Source: an uncultured beta proteobacterium (lineage in GTDB: Bacteria > Pseudomonadota > Gammaproteobacteria > Burkholderiales > SG8-39). Taken from it: a stretch of DNA of 64,000 nt. The notes under the pieces were generated by a model. The model ran no database searches, was not told the DNA's origin, and saw only the letters and a list, made by a program, of their open reading frames with translations. Below are positions 1 through 10,052 of the stretch, piece after piece. Where the stretch lies: positions 3,409 through 67,408 of the forward strand of contig CAVVGT010000009.1 of NCBI GenBank assembly GCA_963747775.1, written 5' to 3'. Each line of letters starts with the position of its first letter. The first letter of the stretch is position 1. The position numbers and the translations under genes are program-made.

Positions 1-32
1 ATCGACGCGCTCTTAGTTCAATAACCAACGGA

Positions 33-923
33 TCACTGCTCCGTCGGTCGAACGGCTCCAGTCCACCCCTCTGCGGTCACTCGTGCAGGCGCCAGATCGC
101 AGCAATCGCCAAGCGACCCGATTTGGAACCGACTAGGCGTCTCGCCCAAGCAGCCGCGCGCATCGCTTAGGCGGCGTGGATCCGAAGGTCCTCGGTGTGC
201 GTCGCGTTGTTCGATCACGACGACCCACGGCCGATCGTCGCGGTGCTTCAGCAGGCCCCGCTCGTCCACCTCGTAGCGCGCGAGCGAGACCGCATCGCTG
301 ACATTTCCGCCGATGGCATTGATTTCTCCAACCTCCATGCCAACGACCAGGTCGCAGTGGTAGGGGCCGCGGCGAAGCTCTGCGAACCCAGCAACCGCGT
401 TCGAGCGCGAGATGCACACGAGATCGCCCGCCTTAGGGGCGTAAGCTCGTGGATCATGTGCGATGAAGCGCGCGCCGTCGCGCGCCTCCAGGGCGCGCTC
501 GATGTAGTCCCAGTGCAGGACCGTGGGCGGAAAATCCTCGGGCGTGAGCCCGGCGCTCTTTGCGAGCCACGAGATGAACGCCGCCGACCACGGCTCCAGC
601 TCGCCCTGATTGCCGACGATCGGAAGGCGCGTCACCGCATACCAGTACATGAGCACGCGCGAGAGCAATGCGGGCTGGACCTCGTGCGTCGCCGCACCCT
701 CGAACTCGAGCCGCGCCACGCCGTGCGCGTCGCGGACCACCACCGGCTGCCCGAATAGCGTCCACTCCTGCCGGGCTAGGTGGATCATGCGTTCGCGCAC
801 GTTCGGCACGAGGAAATTGGGTTGGATGGCCGCGCTCGGGGTCAGCGGCGGTGCGCCAATCGGCCGGGTCGCGCAGCCGGTGGCAAGCAGGCCGGCGCAG
901 GCAATCAAGGTAATGGCTCGCAT
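33..923 (-). CDS. DUF2272-family lipoprotein
   Basis: ATG at 923 gives the lipobox signal MRAITLIACAGLLATGC. The body (HWDYIERAL, GDLVCISR, HCDLVV, IGGNVSDAVS) fits the DUF2272 pattern from memory. The part of the 422-aa ORF upstream of 923 is Arg-rich and overlaps the next gene, so it is not used. Confidence 0.7.
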   Translation of the reverse strand: MRAITLIACAGLLATGCATRPIGAPPLTPSAAIQPNFLVPNVRERMIHLARQEWTLFGQPVVVRDAHGVARLEFEGAATHEVQPALLSRVLMYWYAVTRLPIVGNQGELEPWSAAFISWLAKSAGLTPEDFPPTVLHWDYIERALEARDGARFIAHDPRAYAPKAGDLVCISRSNAVAGFAELRRGPYHCDLVVGMEVGEINAIGGNVSDAVSLARYEVDERGLLKHRDDRPWVVVIEQRDAHRGPSDPRRLSDARGCLGETPSRFQIGSLGDCCDLAPARVTAEGWTGAVRPTEQ

Positions 924-1048
924 GCACGGCCTCCCCCAGGGAAGCCGCGATTCTCGCGCGCCTCCGAGTCCGGCGCGCCGGGAGAGGAGATGCCGCTGGA
1001 CTTCGGGCCGGCACCTTTTTTTGACTGGCGGGGCGCTAGCGGGCGCGC

Positions 1049-1651
1049 TCAGAATCGGCCGATCGCGCCCAACATACCGATGGCGCCCATCCCGAACATC
1101 GCAGCCAGGACCGCACCGATTGCGAAAGTGATGACCACGGCCATCGCCACGAGCACGATGCCGAACCCGACCGCGGCTCGCTCGGGCATCTGCATGAGTT
1201 GCGGGGCGCCGATCTGCACGAGGTAGAGCGAGTAGAGCCCGCCGAGGAGCGAGATCAACCAGCCGACCACGGGCAGGATAGTGAAGACGCCGGTGACCCA
1301 CGAGGCGGTCAGCGCATAGGCGGTGAGCTTCAGCGCCTGGCCGAAGTCGCCCTGCCCCCCGAAGCGCGGCGCGAGCGCGCTGGCAACGAACGCGATCACG
1401 AGCACCATGGCTAGGCTCATCAGGTAGCCGGCCAGCGCCGCCTGCAGCGCGACGCCCACCCCGAGGCGCCCGAAGCCGATGCTGCCCACGAACGCGGTGC
1501 TGATCAGGGACGCCGCCGCGGGCAGGATCGCGAGGATCGCGACGTAGCCGAGATAGAGCGACTTCGGATCACTCCGTTCGCGGGCGATCGCGGACCACTC
1601 GCTCTGCGGCTCGAGCAGGATGTTCGCTGCACGGTTGAGCGCGTTCATCAC
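1049..1651 (-). CDS. Yip1-domain inner-membrane protein
   Basis: 200-aa ORF. A soluble N-terminus (MNALNRAANILLEPQSEWSAIARE) is followed by about five hydrophobic spans, as in bacterial Yip1/DUF1282 proteins. Confidence 0.7.
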   Translation of the reverse strand: MMNALNRAANILLEPQSEWSAIARERSDPKSLYLGYVAILAILPAAASLISTAFVGSIGFGRLGVGVALQAALAGYLMSLAMVLVIAFVASALAPRFGGQGDFGQALKLTAYALTASWVTGVFTILPVVGWLISLLGGLYSLYLVQIGAPQLMQMPERAAVGFGIVLVAMAVVITFAIGAVLAAMFGMGAIGMLGAIGRF

Positions 1652-2588
1652 CCCCTCCTCGCTTTATGCCATAAGCATAATACCGGTCCGGCCGGGGCGC
1701 AACAACTCGTAGCGTCACTCCTACGTCATCAACACCTTCCGATGGCCAACTGACTCGACGGACACCGTCTCAGCGTCATGTTCCAGGGTCGCAAATACCG
1801 CATACCACGCACTGAACGCGGAAGACGGGAAGACTTAAGCGGTCCGACCAGGCTGAATGGCGTCAATAGAGCGACAGGTTTTGCGTCACCTCGTGGCTCG
1901 CTCTTGAACGACTACCCCTGGCCGATCACCGACCCTCACCAATCTCCGCTTCTCTTAAGCTCGACAGGTCTAAGCGGGCCAAGTGCTGCCTCTTGACCGA
2001 CGGATGACGAGTCCGCGGCTCCGGCGCGACACATGGAACTGCGCGTCCGACTCGAAGCCAGCAGATGCGTACTCAGTCGAGCGCCCAGAAGGCGAAGACA
2101 ACCAAATCGCCTGAGCTCACAGCGGCTCACTCGACGGGGTACCTCGAGGCGGAGCGAGAGGCTGCGTTCGGCCAAGACCGACTCGATCGCAACGAAAGCA
2201 GTCGCTGACTGCTACTCCTAGTCGGATCGCGGTCCTCCTTGGGTGTTTGGTAAGGTACGGAGGCCAACCTACGCACCCGAGGCATCTGATGCAACGCAGA
2301 ATCAACGATCTCGTTGCCTATGCCAAAACCCTAATCGACCTTTACCTTCAAGCCCATCAGAAGGTCGAGATACTGGATAGTCTTGGCACGACCGACTTCA
2401 TCGACCGACTTGACACGCCGCTGGGCGGATTGATTTCAGATAAATTCGGCACCTCCCGTTCCAGCTCGGCAATATTCCCCTCCCGTCGCGGCCGCGAAGG
2501 TGCACACTCGCTTCGTCGCGCTAGGCTGGAAACGGCATGAATCTGATCCTCCGATCGCGGCGTATGGCGCACCGATTGTCCATCATGA

Positions 2589-3062
2589 ATGAGCAAGAAC
2601 ATGCTCCCGCACCCTTCCCGCGACCTTGCCGGCCTCGCCGTCGTTCTAGTCTGTTTTCTAGCCCTGCTGTCTGAGCGTCTCTGGGCGACACCCGACGGTC
2701 AGAGCATTCGGCAGCCCTGCGCCGCATCATCGATCGGAAAGCCTTTCAACAGGACGGAGCTCTTGCTGGGCCTATCGAAACGTAACGGGTCCACCGTCAC
2801 CGACGCGGAGTTCCAACACTTCATCGATACGGAGGTCACGCCGCGCTTCCCGGATGGGTTCACCGTCGTGCCGGGCAGCGGCCAGTTCAAAGACTCCCGG
2901 GGACTCATCGTTCGGGAAAGCGCTCGCGTGCTCGTTGTACTTTATCCGTCGTCGGACCGTCGAAGCAGTCAGGACATCGACGAGATTCGCACTTCTTACA
3001 AAGATAAGCATCAGCAGGAGTCGGTAGTGCGTGTCGACGGCGAATCCTGCGCTTCGTTTTGA
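2589..3062 (+). CDS. DUF3574-domain exported protein
   Basis: 157-aa ORF with a hydrophobic signal-like N-terminus. The core ELLLGLSKRNGSTVTDAEFQHFIDTEVTPRFPDGFTVVPGSGQF matches DUF3574 as I recall it. It lies in a lower-GC patch. Confidence 0.6.
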   Translation: MSKNMLPHPSRDLAGLAVVLVCFLALLSERLWATPDGQSIRQPCAASSIGKPFNRTELLLGLSKRNGSTVTDAEFQHFIDTEVTPRFPDGFTVVPGSGQFKDSRGLIVRESARVLVVLYPSSDRRSSQDIDEIRTSYKDKHQQESVVRVDGESCASF

Positions 3063-3306
3063 GCCGTTTGTCGCAGACATCCTCTCAGGTTAGCCAACAG
3101 GCTTTTCAAGCGCGTTCGCGAAAACCGAAAGCCGCAGACCGCGAGTAGTCGTCCGAGTTTCGGGGGGCGCTTCGCTGACCTCGCGATCGCGACGCAACCG
3201 GAGCTGAGCGTGACGTCCGTGCAAACGCACCTGCGGAAGTCCTAGCCTCTCTGGTCTATAGCAATGGCACCACGCCATGCGTTAGGGTCTTCCGCATGCC
3301 AGCTTC

Positions 3307-4290
3307 GTGTTAAGCAGCAGGTCGACCGAGAGCATGCAGCAGAAGGTTGCAGCGACGCACTACGACGCGCGTATTTCGAAGCTTCGTTTGCCCGAGCAGG
3401 ACTCGCTCAAGAACGAGGCGGAGCGCTGCTCGGCCGACCCGGCTGCGCTGGCCGCGATCGGTCGCGCGGTCGGCCAGCAGATCCGGATCACGCGAACGGA
3501 CGACGCCCGCTTCGTCGCCATCTACACGGTCAGCGAGGCGAATCCGGACCAACCCCCCCGGGCAAACGTCGTTCGCACCGGCCAGGCCGGCCGCGAGCGC
3601 CTTGGAACCGACACCGAGCTCGAAGCGACGATCGCGGCCCGGGTGCTTGACGCGCCGCCGTTGCCCAACGAGCCCCCGGGAGTCCGCTTCTTCGAGCTCG
3701 CCGAGGACGGCGCCGACGACACCTACTTCGTCGCGATTGCGCCCCACGGCGGCCTGATCGAGCCACACACCGACGAGCAGGCCGCAGCGACCGCCGCAGA
3801 CGTGCGGGCCTCCGGCTTCACCGCGTCGCTGTGGTCATGCAAAGGGTTCGGGGACTCGATCAAAGGCGCTTCCGACCGCTTCCACATCACTTCCGACGAC
3901 CTTCACCCGGCATCGTTCCCGCTGCTCGGGTCGCTCCTGTCGCGACGATTCTCCTACGGCGTCGCTTTCCACGGTTTCGCGCAGCAGGCAGGCGAGGCGG
4001 ATATCTACATCGGCGGGGCCGCATCATGGCGGCTGAAGCGGGCTGTGCAGCGCGCCCTGAACCGCTTGCGCCTCCCGCTGCAGGTGAAGATCAGCACCGG
4101 CGACGACAAGCCCAAGTTCCAGGGATTCAGCGCGGAGAACGTCATCAATCGCCTGGCCGCGAGCGGCATTCAGCTCGAACAGTCGGCCAAAGCGCGAGCT
4201 CACCACCAGGCAATCGCTCGAGCGGTTGCCACGGTGTTCGCGTCGCCTTGGCAATGGCTGATGCATTTTCTGACGAGATTCTTCCGCTGA
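3307..4290 (+). CDS. poly-gamma-glutamate hydrolase family protein (PghP/YjqB-like, DUF867) with N-terminal extension
   Basis: The C-terminal ~190 aa (FVAIAPHGGLIEPHTDEQA, FHITSDDL, GVAFHGF, DIYIGG, ENVINRL) fit the PF05908 zinc-hydrolase pattern. The start is uncertain (alternative ATG at 3334). Confidence 0.65.
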   Translation: MLSSRSTESMQQKVAATHYDARISKLRLPEQDSLKNEAERCSADPAALAAIGRAVGQQIRITRTDDARFVAIYTVSEANPDQPPRANVVRTGQAGRERLGTDTELEATIAARVLDAPPLPNEPPGVRFFELAEDGADDTYFVAIAPHGGLIEPHTDEQAAATAADVRASGFTASLWSCKGFGDSIKGASDRFHITSDDLHPASFPLLGSLLSRRFSYGVAFHGFAQQAGEADIYIGGAASWRLKRAVQRALNRLRLPLQVKISTGDDKPKFQGFSAENVINRLAASGIQLEQSAKARAHHQAIARAVATVFASPWQWLMHFLTRFFR

Positions 4291-4557
4291 TCTCCCGGCT
4301 GCCGCCCCGGGCAGCCGCTACCAGCTCTCCTTCCCTCTCTGCCTCGATCGGCGCCGTGCCGCCGCGCGAACTCGCCGCACTGTGGTGGCGGGCGCTTTCC
4401 GGCCGGTTTGTCGCCGTCGCGGCTAGATCGCCTCGTGTTGTCCTGAACTCCCATGGCGGCATGGGCTTCGCATCCTTCCATAGTCCTCGCCACCGGCTCC
4501 CCTAGAATGACCCATGGGCGACTAACGGTGCGCCCCGTCGATCAATAAGGGGGATCA

Positions 4558-4797
4558 ATGAAACGCATCATCCTAGCCATCGCTCTTGCGGCGTTCGCCG
4601 TACAGGCTTCCGCCGCGACCTGTGCCGCTCAGTCGATGGAGAAGAAGCTCGCGGGCGCAGCCGAAAAGAGCTTCATGAAGAAGTGCGAGGCGGACGCGAA
4701 GGCTACGTGCGAAGCGTCGGCGAAGGAAAAGAAGCTGGCTGGCGCTGCGCAGACCAGTTTCGTGAAGAAGTGCTTAGCGGACGCGGTGGGAAGCTAA
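4558..4797 (+). CDS. PsiF-repeat periplasmic protein
   Basis: Signal peptide MKRIILAIALAAFAVQASA. Two copies of the C..(6)..KKLAGAA..SF.KKC repeat typical of PsiF. RBS aagggggatcaATG. Confidence 0.7.
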   Translation: MKRIILAIALAAFAVQASAATCAAQSMEKKLAGAAEKSFMKKCEADAKATCEASAKEKKLAGAAQTSFVKKCLADAVGS

Positions 4798-5339
4798 GCT
4801 CCTGCCCGTAACCGCGCCTTCCGGCCCACGGCCTCCATCTGCCGCTCATGTCAAACGTTGAGCTTCGTGCACGTCCGCTTGTGGGCGATTTGAACTTCCG
4901 CATTGGCTCGGCCACGTCGATTGACCGACCGGTATGGAGCACGATCTCGAGTGACAGGTTGTGGCCCGACAGCCGCGGTTCCCTATGTTCGCCGAAAGCG
5001 GGTTTTGGAAGAATCAGGCTCTTGCCGCGAAGGGCAGCTTACGGGCTTAGTTTCGAACTCACGCAACCGGCCAAAACCGGAAGTTAAGAGGCGTGCCGCA
5101 AAGCAGACCATCAACGGTGCTCTCGACCTGAAGCGGACGTTCGCTCGCGTTTCACTCGCAACCTTTCGCCTATCGTGTTGCGATTCACCCCCCACAACCG
5201 CAGCACGCGACCCGAAGCCGATACTTTGAGGGGTAGACTGACTGCCGATTGGGGTGTCCCAGGCTTTTCGCCCCGCGACCGCGCGACTCTCAGCGCGCAG
5301 AGGCCGGAACGCAGGAAACGAGCTTGAGCTGTTGGCTTC

Positions 5340-7061
5340 TCAGTGATCCAAGCCATAGGGCGGCAAAGTGGTCAGGCGAAGATCCTCGACAGGGCCACCA
5401 GTGGTGAAGTGATAGAGCGACTGATACGTCGCGTCGCTGAATCCAAGTACCTGATGGACTGGGTCATCGAAAAAGCAGCCGATTCCCGTTGCACGGACGC
5501 CAAACGCCTCCGCCTCCAGGTAGAGCACCTGGCCGATCACGCCGGTTTCCCAGAAAAGCCTGCGGTAGAACCAGGGTCCATGCCGCCGCAGGCTCGGTTC
5601 GAACTCCGCGATCATCCCCAGTGAAAATGCACTGTCCCCGGCGATCGCCTGTCCGCAACTGATCTGGACCGCCATTCGCCGCGCATCGCCCCCTTCGAGG
5701 AGAAACAGCGGTAGGTCTTCTGGGCAGCCCGGTGGTGAGCTCCAGGCGAATTGCTGGCGCATCGATTGCCTGAGCGAGCCCGCCATCGCGGGATCGCGCA
5801 CCAGCATGTAGATGCCGGGAGCAAGGCCGTCCACCCGATGGACGAAAAGGGCAAGATGAATGGCCGGTTCCCAGGGCAGTACGTCCCAAGGCATCGGACG
5901 CCAGCACAGGTCGCGCTCGATCCGTGGCATGACGCGGCCCAGCATCGTGAAGAAGCTGCCGACTGGGATCGAGGTCTCGCCATCGAACGCAACCGCGCTT
6001 CGCCGCTGGCGGATCACCTGCCCGGCGCCTGACTGACGCGGGTCGATACCTGGCGCCGTTGCGGTGTGACCGCTGCGGTTCACAGCGACGACTCGGTGCT
6101 CGGTATTCGACTTCCACGATGCGACTTCCACTTGGTTGAGGAACACCCACTGCACCGGATCGTCTCGGCTCAATCGGTTGGCCGTGCCGTGCCAGACATA
6201 TCGCGTCGAGTCGCGCACTGCATCGGCCGCAAGGAAAAGCGGCAACGAATCAGTCTCCCTGGCGGAGCCGGCGACCGCCTGATCGGCCGGCCAGACAACA
6301 GCCAGGCAATCCGGATGCTCCCGCTCGGCTCGATTGAAATCCTGGATTCGATCGACCCCCAACAACGCACCCAGCGTGTCGTCGGCCACGCCGTCCAACA
6401 ACAGCATGCGCCAACCCAGCGTCTGGGCCGCAATCCGAGCGCTGGCGATCGCGTGGCCCACGTCATGTTGACAGTAGCGAAAGGCGCGCTCTCCGTACTT
6501 CCAGGTCTCTCGCCAGTTCACGGACGTAAAACCCAGAAGAAAGGCGTTGGGCGGGAATCCGTTCAGCAGGGAAGTGAAGCTTTCCTGCGGCAACCCTGCT
6601 CGCAGTTCCAGCGCATGCTCCTTGGCCGCATAGTGATAGAGACCCGGGAATGGCGAAAGGCCCGGCACGCCGTCAATGAGCAGATAGCCTTCCGTAGGAT
6701 GCAGGTTGCCGCTCGACGGATTGCTTCGAAGCGCCCAGCGGACCTCACTGGTCTGCTTCCAGGCGGAAATCGCCAGCGAAAACTCGAGAAAACGCGATAG
6801 GGCGCGGATACTGACCGGGATGCTCGAGATCGCTCCAGGACGGTATAGGTCTTCATAAAGAGGCGAGCGCGGAGCCTCGTCCGGTTTCAGGACCGGTAAG
6901 GCGATGAGGGGAGAACCCTGGAATCGTCGAAAAGGATCCGGCTGATTCGCCCAGTCCATGCTGGCGGGCGCGCGCGCAGAGCGTGAAAAATGGTGCTTTG
7001 TCTCCTGGTGGTAGCGCATGACCACGTCCAGGGGGTCGAGTGCGCCCGCTGCCTTATTCAT
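5340..7061 (-). CDS. SagB/ThcOx-type dehydrogenase (tandem nitroreductase-fold protein)
   Basis: 573-aa ORF. The N-terminus YHQETKHHFSRSARAPASMDWANQPDPFRRF and a C-terminal nitroreductase-like half (GLYHYAAKEH, FWETGVIGQVLYLEAEAFGVRATGIGCFFDD) are hallmarks of SagB-type domains. Confidence 0.8.
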   Translation of the reverse strand: MNKAAGALDPLDVVMRYHQETKHHFSRSARAPASMDWANQPDPFRRFQGSPLIALPVLKPDEAPRSPLYEDLYRPGAISSIPVSIRALSRFLEFSLAISAWKQTSEVRWALRSNPSSGNLHPTEGYLLIDGVPGLSPFPGLYHYAAKEHALELRAGLPQESFTSLLNGFPPNAFLLGFTSVNWRETWKYGERAFRYCQHDVGHAIASARIAAQTLGWRMLLLDGVADDTLGALLGVDRIQDFNRAEREHPDCLAVVWPADQAVAGSARETDSLPLFLAADAVRDSTRYVWHGTANRLSRDDPVQWVFLNQVEVASWKSNTEHRVVAVNRSGHTATAPGIDPRQSGAGQVIRQRRSAVAFDGETSIPVGSFFTMLGRVMPRIERDLCWRPMPWDVLPWEPAIHLALFVHRVDGLAPGIYMLVRDPAMAGSLRQSMRQQFAWSSPPGCPEDLPLFLLEGGDARRMAVQISCGQAIAGDSAFSLGMIAEFEPSLRRHGPWFYRRLFWETGVIGQVLYLEAEAFGVRATGIGCFFDDPVHQVLGFSDATYQSLYHFTTGGPVEDLRLTTLPPYGLDH

Positions 7062-7710
7062 CGCCCCACAACGGCTTGCTCAATGCGGCACCAAACGTGG
7101 GAAACATCAGGTTGAAGCTCAAGCTTACGCGGGTGTCTCCACTGGTGTTGGCATCGACTGAGTGATACAGATACGAGGGGAAGACGAGCAGCGTGCCGTC
7201 TTTCACCCGCACCACGACCTGATCGGTATTAGTGGCGGTGAGTGCCGTGACCGGCGGTCTGATGACGCTGGCCTGGCTGCGCGGGTCGTGGAAGTTGATG
7301 CTGTCGGCGCCGGGCCGGGTGCGCACGTAGTACACCGCGCTCAGGAAATTGTTGGGGTGGCTATGCGCGCGGTGCGCGGCGCCCGGCGCATACAAGTTCA
7401 CCCAGCAGCCGGTGATTTCTATCGCTGGTTCGCCAATTTTCAGGAACCGCAGCACGCTCGCGGCCGCCCGGCTGACGCAGTTGCAAAGCGCGTGCAGCTC
7501 TTCGCGCCGATGCAGGGCATGGCCCGACTGCCAGGCTTCGCCGGACATCAGCTCCGGCTGTCCCTGCCGCAGCGAGTGCAGCAATCCCAGCGCGCTCGCG
7601 TCGATCGGTTCGTGCACCTTGGCGCGAAGCTGGATTTTCCACACCAGGGTAGGAAAAAGCGAAACGACTTCCGCGTTTTCGATCCACGAGTGCTTGCCCG
7701 ATATTGCCAT
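7054..7710 (-). CDS. TIGR02466-like putative 2OG-Fe(II) oxygenase (PF13759-type)
   Basis: 218 aa. The motifs ITGCWVNLYAPGAAHRAHSHPNNFLSAVYYV and LLVFPSYLYHSV match. Its stop overlaps the SagB start by 8 nt, so the two form an operon. Confidence 0.75.
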   Translation of the reverse strand: MAISGKHSWIENAEVVSLFPTLVWKIQLRAKVHEPIDASALGLLHSLRQGQPELMSGEAWQSGHALHRREELHALCNCVSRAAASVLRFLKIGEPAIEITGCWVNLYAPGAAHRAHSHPNNFLSAVYYVRTRPGADSINFHDPRSQASVIRPPVTALTATNTDQVVVRVKDGTLLVFPSYLYHSVDANTSGDTRVSLSFNLMFPTFGAALSKPLWGDE

Positions 7711-7862
7711 AGGGCCCCGCGCACGAGTGTGACCTGCCCAGCGTTCACTGGGCCAAGGTCTGTGATTCAGCGGACTTCCAGTGCAAAGACAGTACCACCT
7801 GCCTTAATGGAGTTGAAGAGCGTCGACAAACCTCTCTTAATCCGTCACTCATGGCGACGTGG

Positions 7863-8009
7863 TTAAGCCTGAAGCGCTGCGAGGTTCGCCTCTCGCCAAA
7901 GGCTCGCGTCGGTGAATACCGACCCGTCCCGCTTGAGACCCGCGTCTCGCCATCGCTCCGCGGCAGCGAGGATCGCCTCAGACTTGTTGTTTCCGCAGTA
8001 GCGTGCCAT
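7863..8009 (-). pseudogene. 48-codon stub resembling the N-terminus of McrB-like AAA restriction ATPases
   Basis: The ORF MARYCGNNKSEAILAAAERWRDAGLKRDGSVFTDASLWREANLAALQA is preceded by a GGAGG RBS. The pattern recalls N-termini of McrB-family proteins and then ends in TAA with no ATPase domain. The ORF is below the track cutoff. Confidence 0.35.
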
Positions 8010-8053
8010 CGAGCCTCCCCCGTCTCAGCGCGCGCCTCTATCGCGCGCACCTT

Positions 8054-8713
<660 letters not shown>

Positions 8714-8783
8714 CTAGCGAATTCCGGGCACAGGCTCTTCGCCGGCATGGACCGGCCAGCCGCCGAGTCCCCTGAGAGCAGAG

Positions 8784-10052
8784 TCACGAACGTCCGGCGC
8801 GCCTGACCCTCCGGACCAAACGCTGCACGGCGACCAGGGCGAAGAACATCTCGATCCTGGCTCGTGTCAGCGGTGAAGGGCGCCAGTTCCCGGCGAGGAC
8901 CGCCACGATAGCCCCGTAAATACCTAACCGCTTCCGGGGCGTGAACCACAGGTCACGGAACGCCGGGTCGTAGAATCCGATAGCGAACCGCCGGAAATGG
9001 TGATAGCGCTTCCGGGCGATGCGCTCATACCGAGCGAAGGCTCGCGCCGACAGGTCGCCGGTCCGCAGCCCGGCGTCGATCGCCTCGGCGGCGTCCAGAC
9101 CTCCCTGCATGGCGAGTAACACTCCGGTCGAGAAGATGGGGTCCAGGAACGCGGCGGCGTCGCCCACCGCCACCCAGCGGTCCCCGGCCATCCGGGTGGC
9201 GAGATAGGAGTAGTCGACGTCGACGCGCGCCGGAGAGACCCGTCGTGCCCGCTCGAGCAGCGATGCGGCGGGCCGCGTGTCCGCGAGATAGTGGGCAAGG
9301 CTCTCCTCCGCGGTCGGCTTCGCTTCGCGCCGATGCACCTCCTTCGGGATCACGGCCCCCACACTCATCACGGTGTCCGACAGCGGTATCAGCCACAGCC
9401 ACCCCATGTCGGAGCGTGTGAACATTCGGATGTCGCCGGCGCGGCGCCCGTCGGCGCGCGGGACCCCCTCGTACTGCGCGTGAACGGCGATGTTGCGCAG
9501 GAGCGGGTCGTATTCGTGGCGGCCGAAGCGATTCACGAGAACGCCGGCCCGCCCCGAGGCGTCGACGACGACCCCCACACGTGCGGTGCGCTCGATGCCA
9601 TCCGAGTCCGCGAAGCGAAGCGTGACGGCTTCGGCGTCGAAGGCCGCATCGAGAAGTCGGTGCCCCTCGCGCACCGCGACTCCGCACCGCTCGGAATGGC
9701 GCAAGAGAATCTCGTCGAATCGCTCCCGGAGGACCTGGAACGTCTGCGGCATTGGCGTCTCCACCGCCTCCTCGAAGTCGGCATATTGCTCGGTCACGCT
9801 GTCGGGCGGACGGAAGCTTGCGCCCCACTTCCTGACGAACCCGGCGGCGCCGATCGCCTGGTCCACGCCGAGCGCTCGGAAGACCTCGTTGCTCCACGGG
9901 AGCTGCGACTCGCCGATGTGGAAGCGGGGGAACCGCTCCCGCTCCAGCAGGAGGACTCTCCTCCCCCGCCGCGCAAGCGCGGTGGCGGCGCTGGAGCCGC
10001 CCGGCCCCCCGCCCACGACAGCTACGTCGAAATCCCACCCCTCGCTTGTCAT
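8784..10052 (-). CDS. FAD-dependent oxidoreductase of the flavin-dependent halogenase family
   Basis: FDVAVVGGGPGGS (GxGxxG) and GWLWLIP (WxWxIP) motifs, plus RFHIGES and VAVGDAAAFLDPIFSTG. The start is taken at MTSEGWDFDV (alternatives at 10067 and 10172). Confidence 0.75.
   Translation of the reverse strand: MTSEGWDFDVAVVGGGPGGSSAATALARRGRRVLLLERERFPRFHIGESQLPWSNEVFRALGVDQAIGAAGFVRKWGASFRPPDSVTEQYADFEEAVETPMPQTFQVLRERFDEILLRHSERCGVAVREGHRLLDAAFDAEAVTLRFADSDGIERTARVGVVVDASGRAGVLVNRFGRHEYDPLLRNIAVHAQYEGVPRADGRRAGDIRMFTRSDMGWLWLIPLSDTVMSVGAVIPKEVHRREAKPTAEESLAHYLADTRPAASLLERARRVSPARVDVDYSYLATRMAGDRWVAVGDAAAFLDPIFSTGVLLAMQGGLDAAEAIDAGLRTGDLSARAFARYERIARKRYHHFRRFAIGFYDPAFRDLWFTPRKRLGIYGAIVAVLAGNWRPSPLTRARIEMFFALVAVQRLVRRVRRAGRS

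Noticed and set aside
1652-2588. RNase P RNA or tmRNA in the coding-poor patch
   Set aside because: I could not find GGAAAGTCCGG / ACAGAACCCGGCTTA-type RNase P boxes. I also found no tmRNA tag frame with a tRNA-like end on either strand. Only an Rfam scan could settle this.
7745-7852. 35-codon ORF upstream of the oxygenase/SagB pair as a RiPP precursor
   Set aside because: It has no Shine-Dalgarno, no Cys/Ser/Thr-rich core and no recognisable leader motif. It lies in lower-GC relic DNA. It is mentioned inside the SagB finding but not called as a feature.
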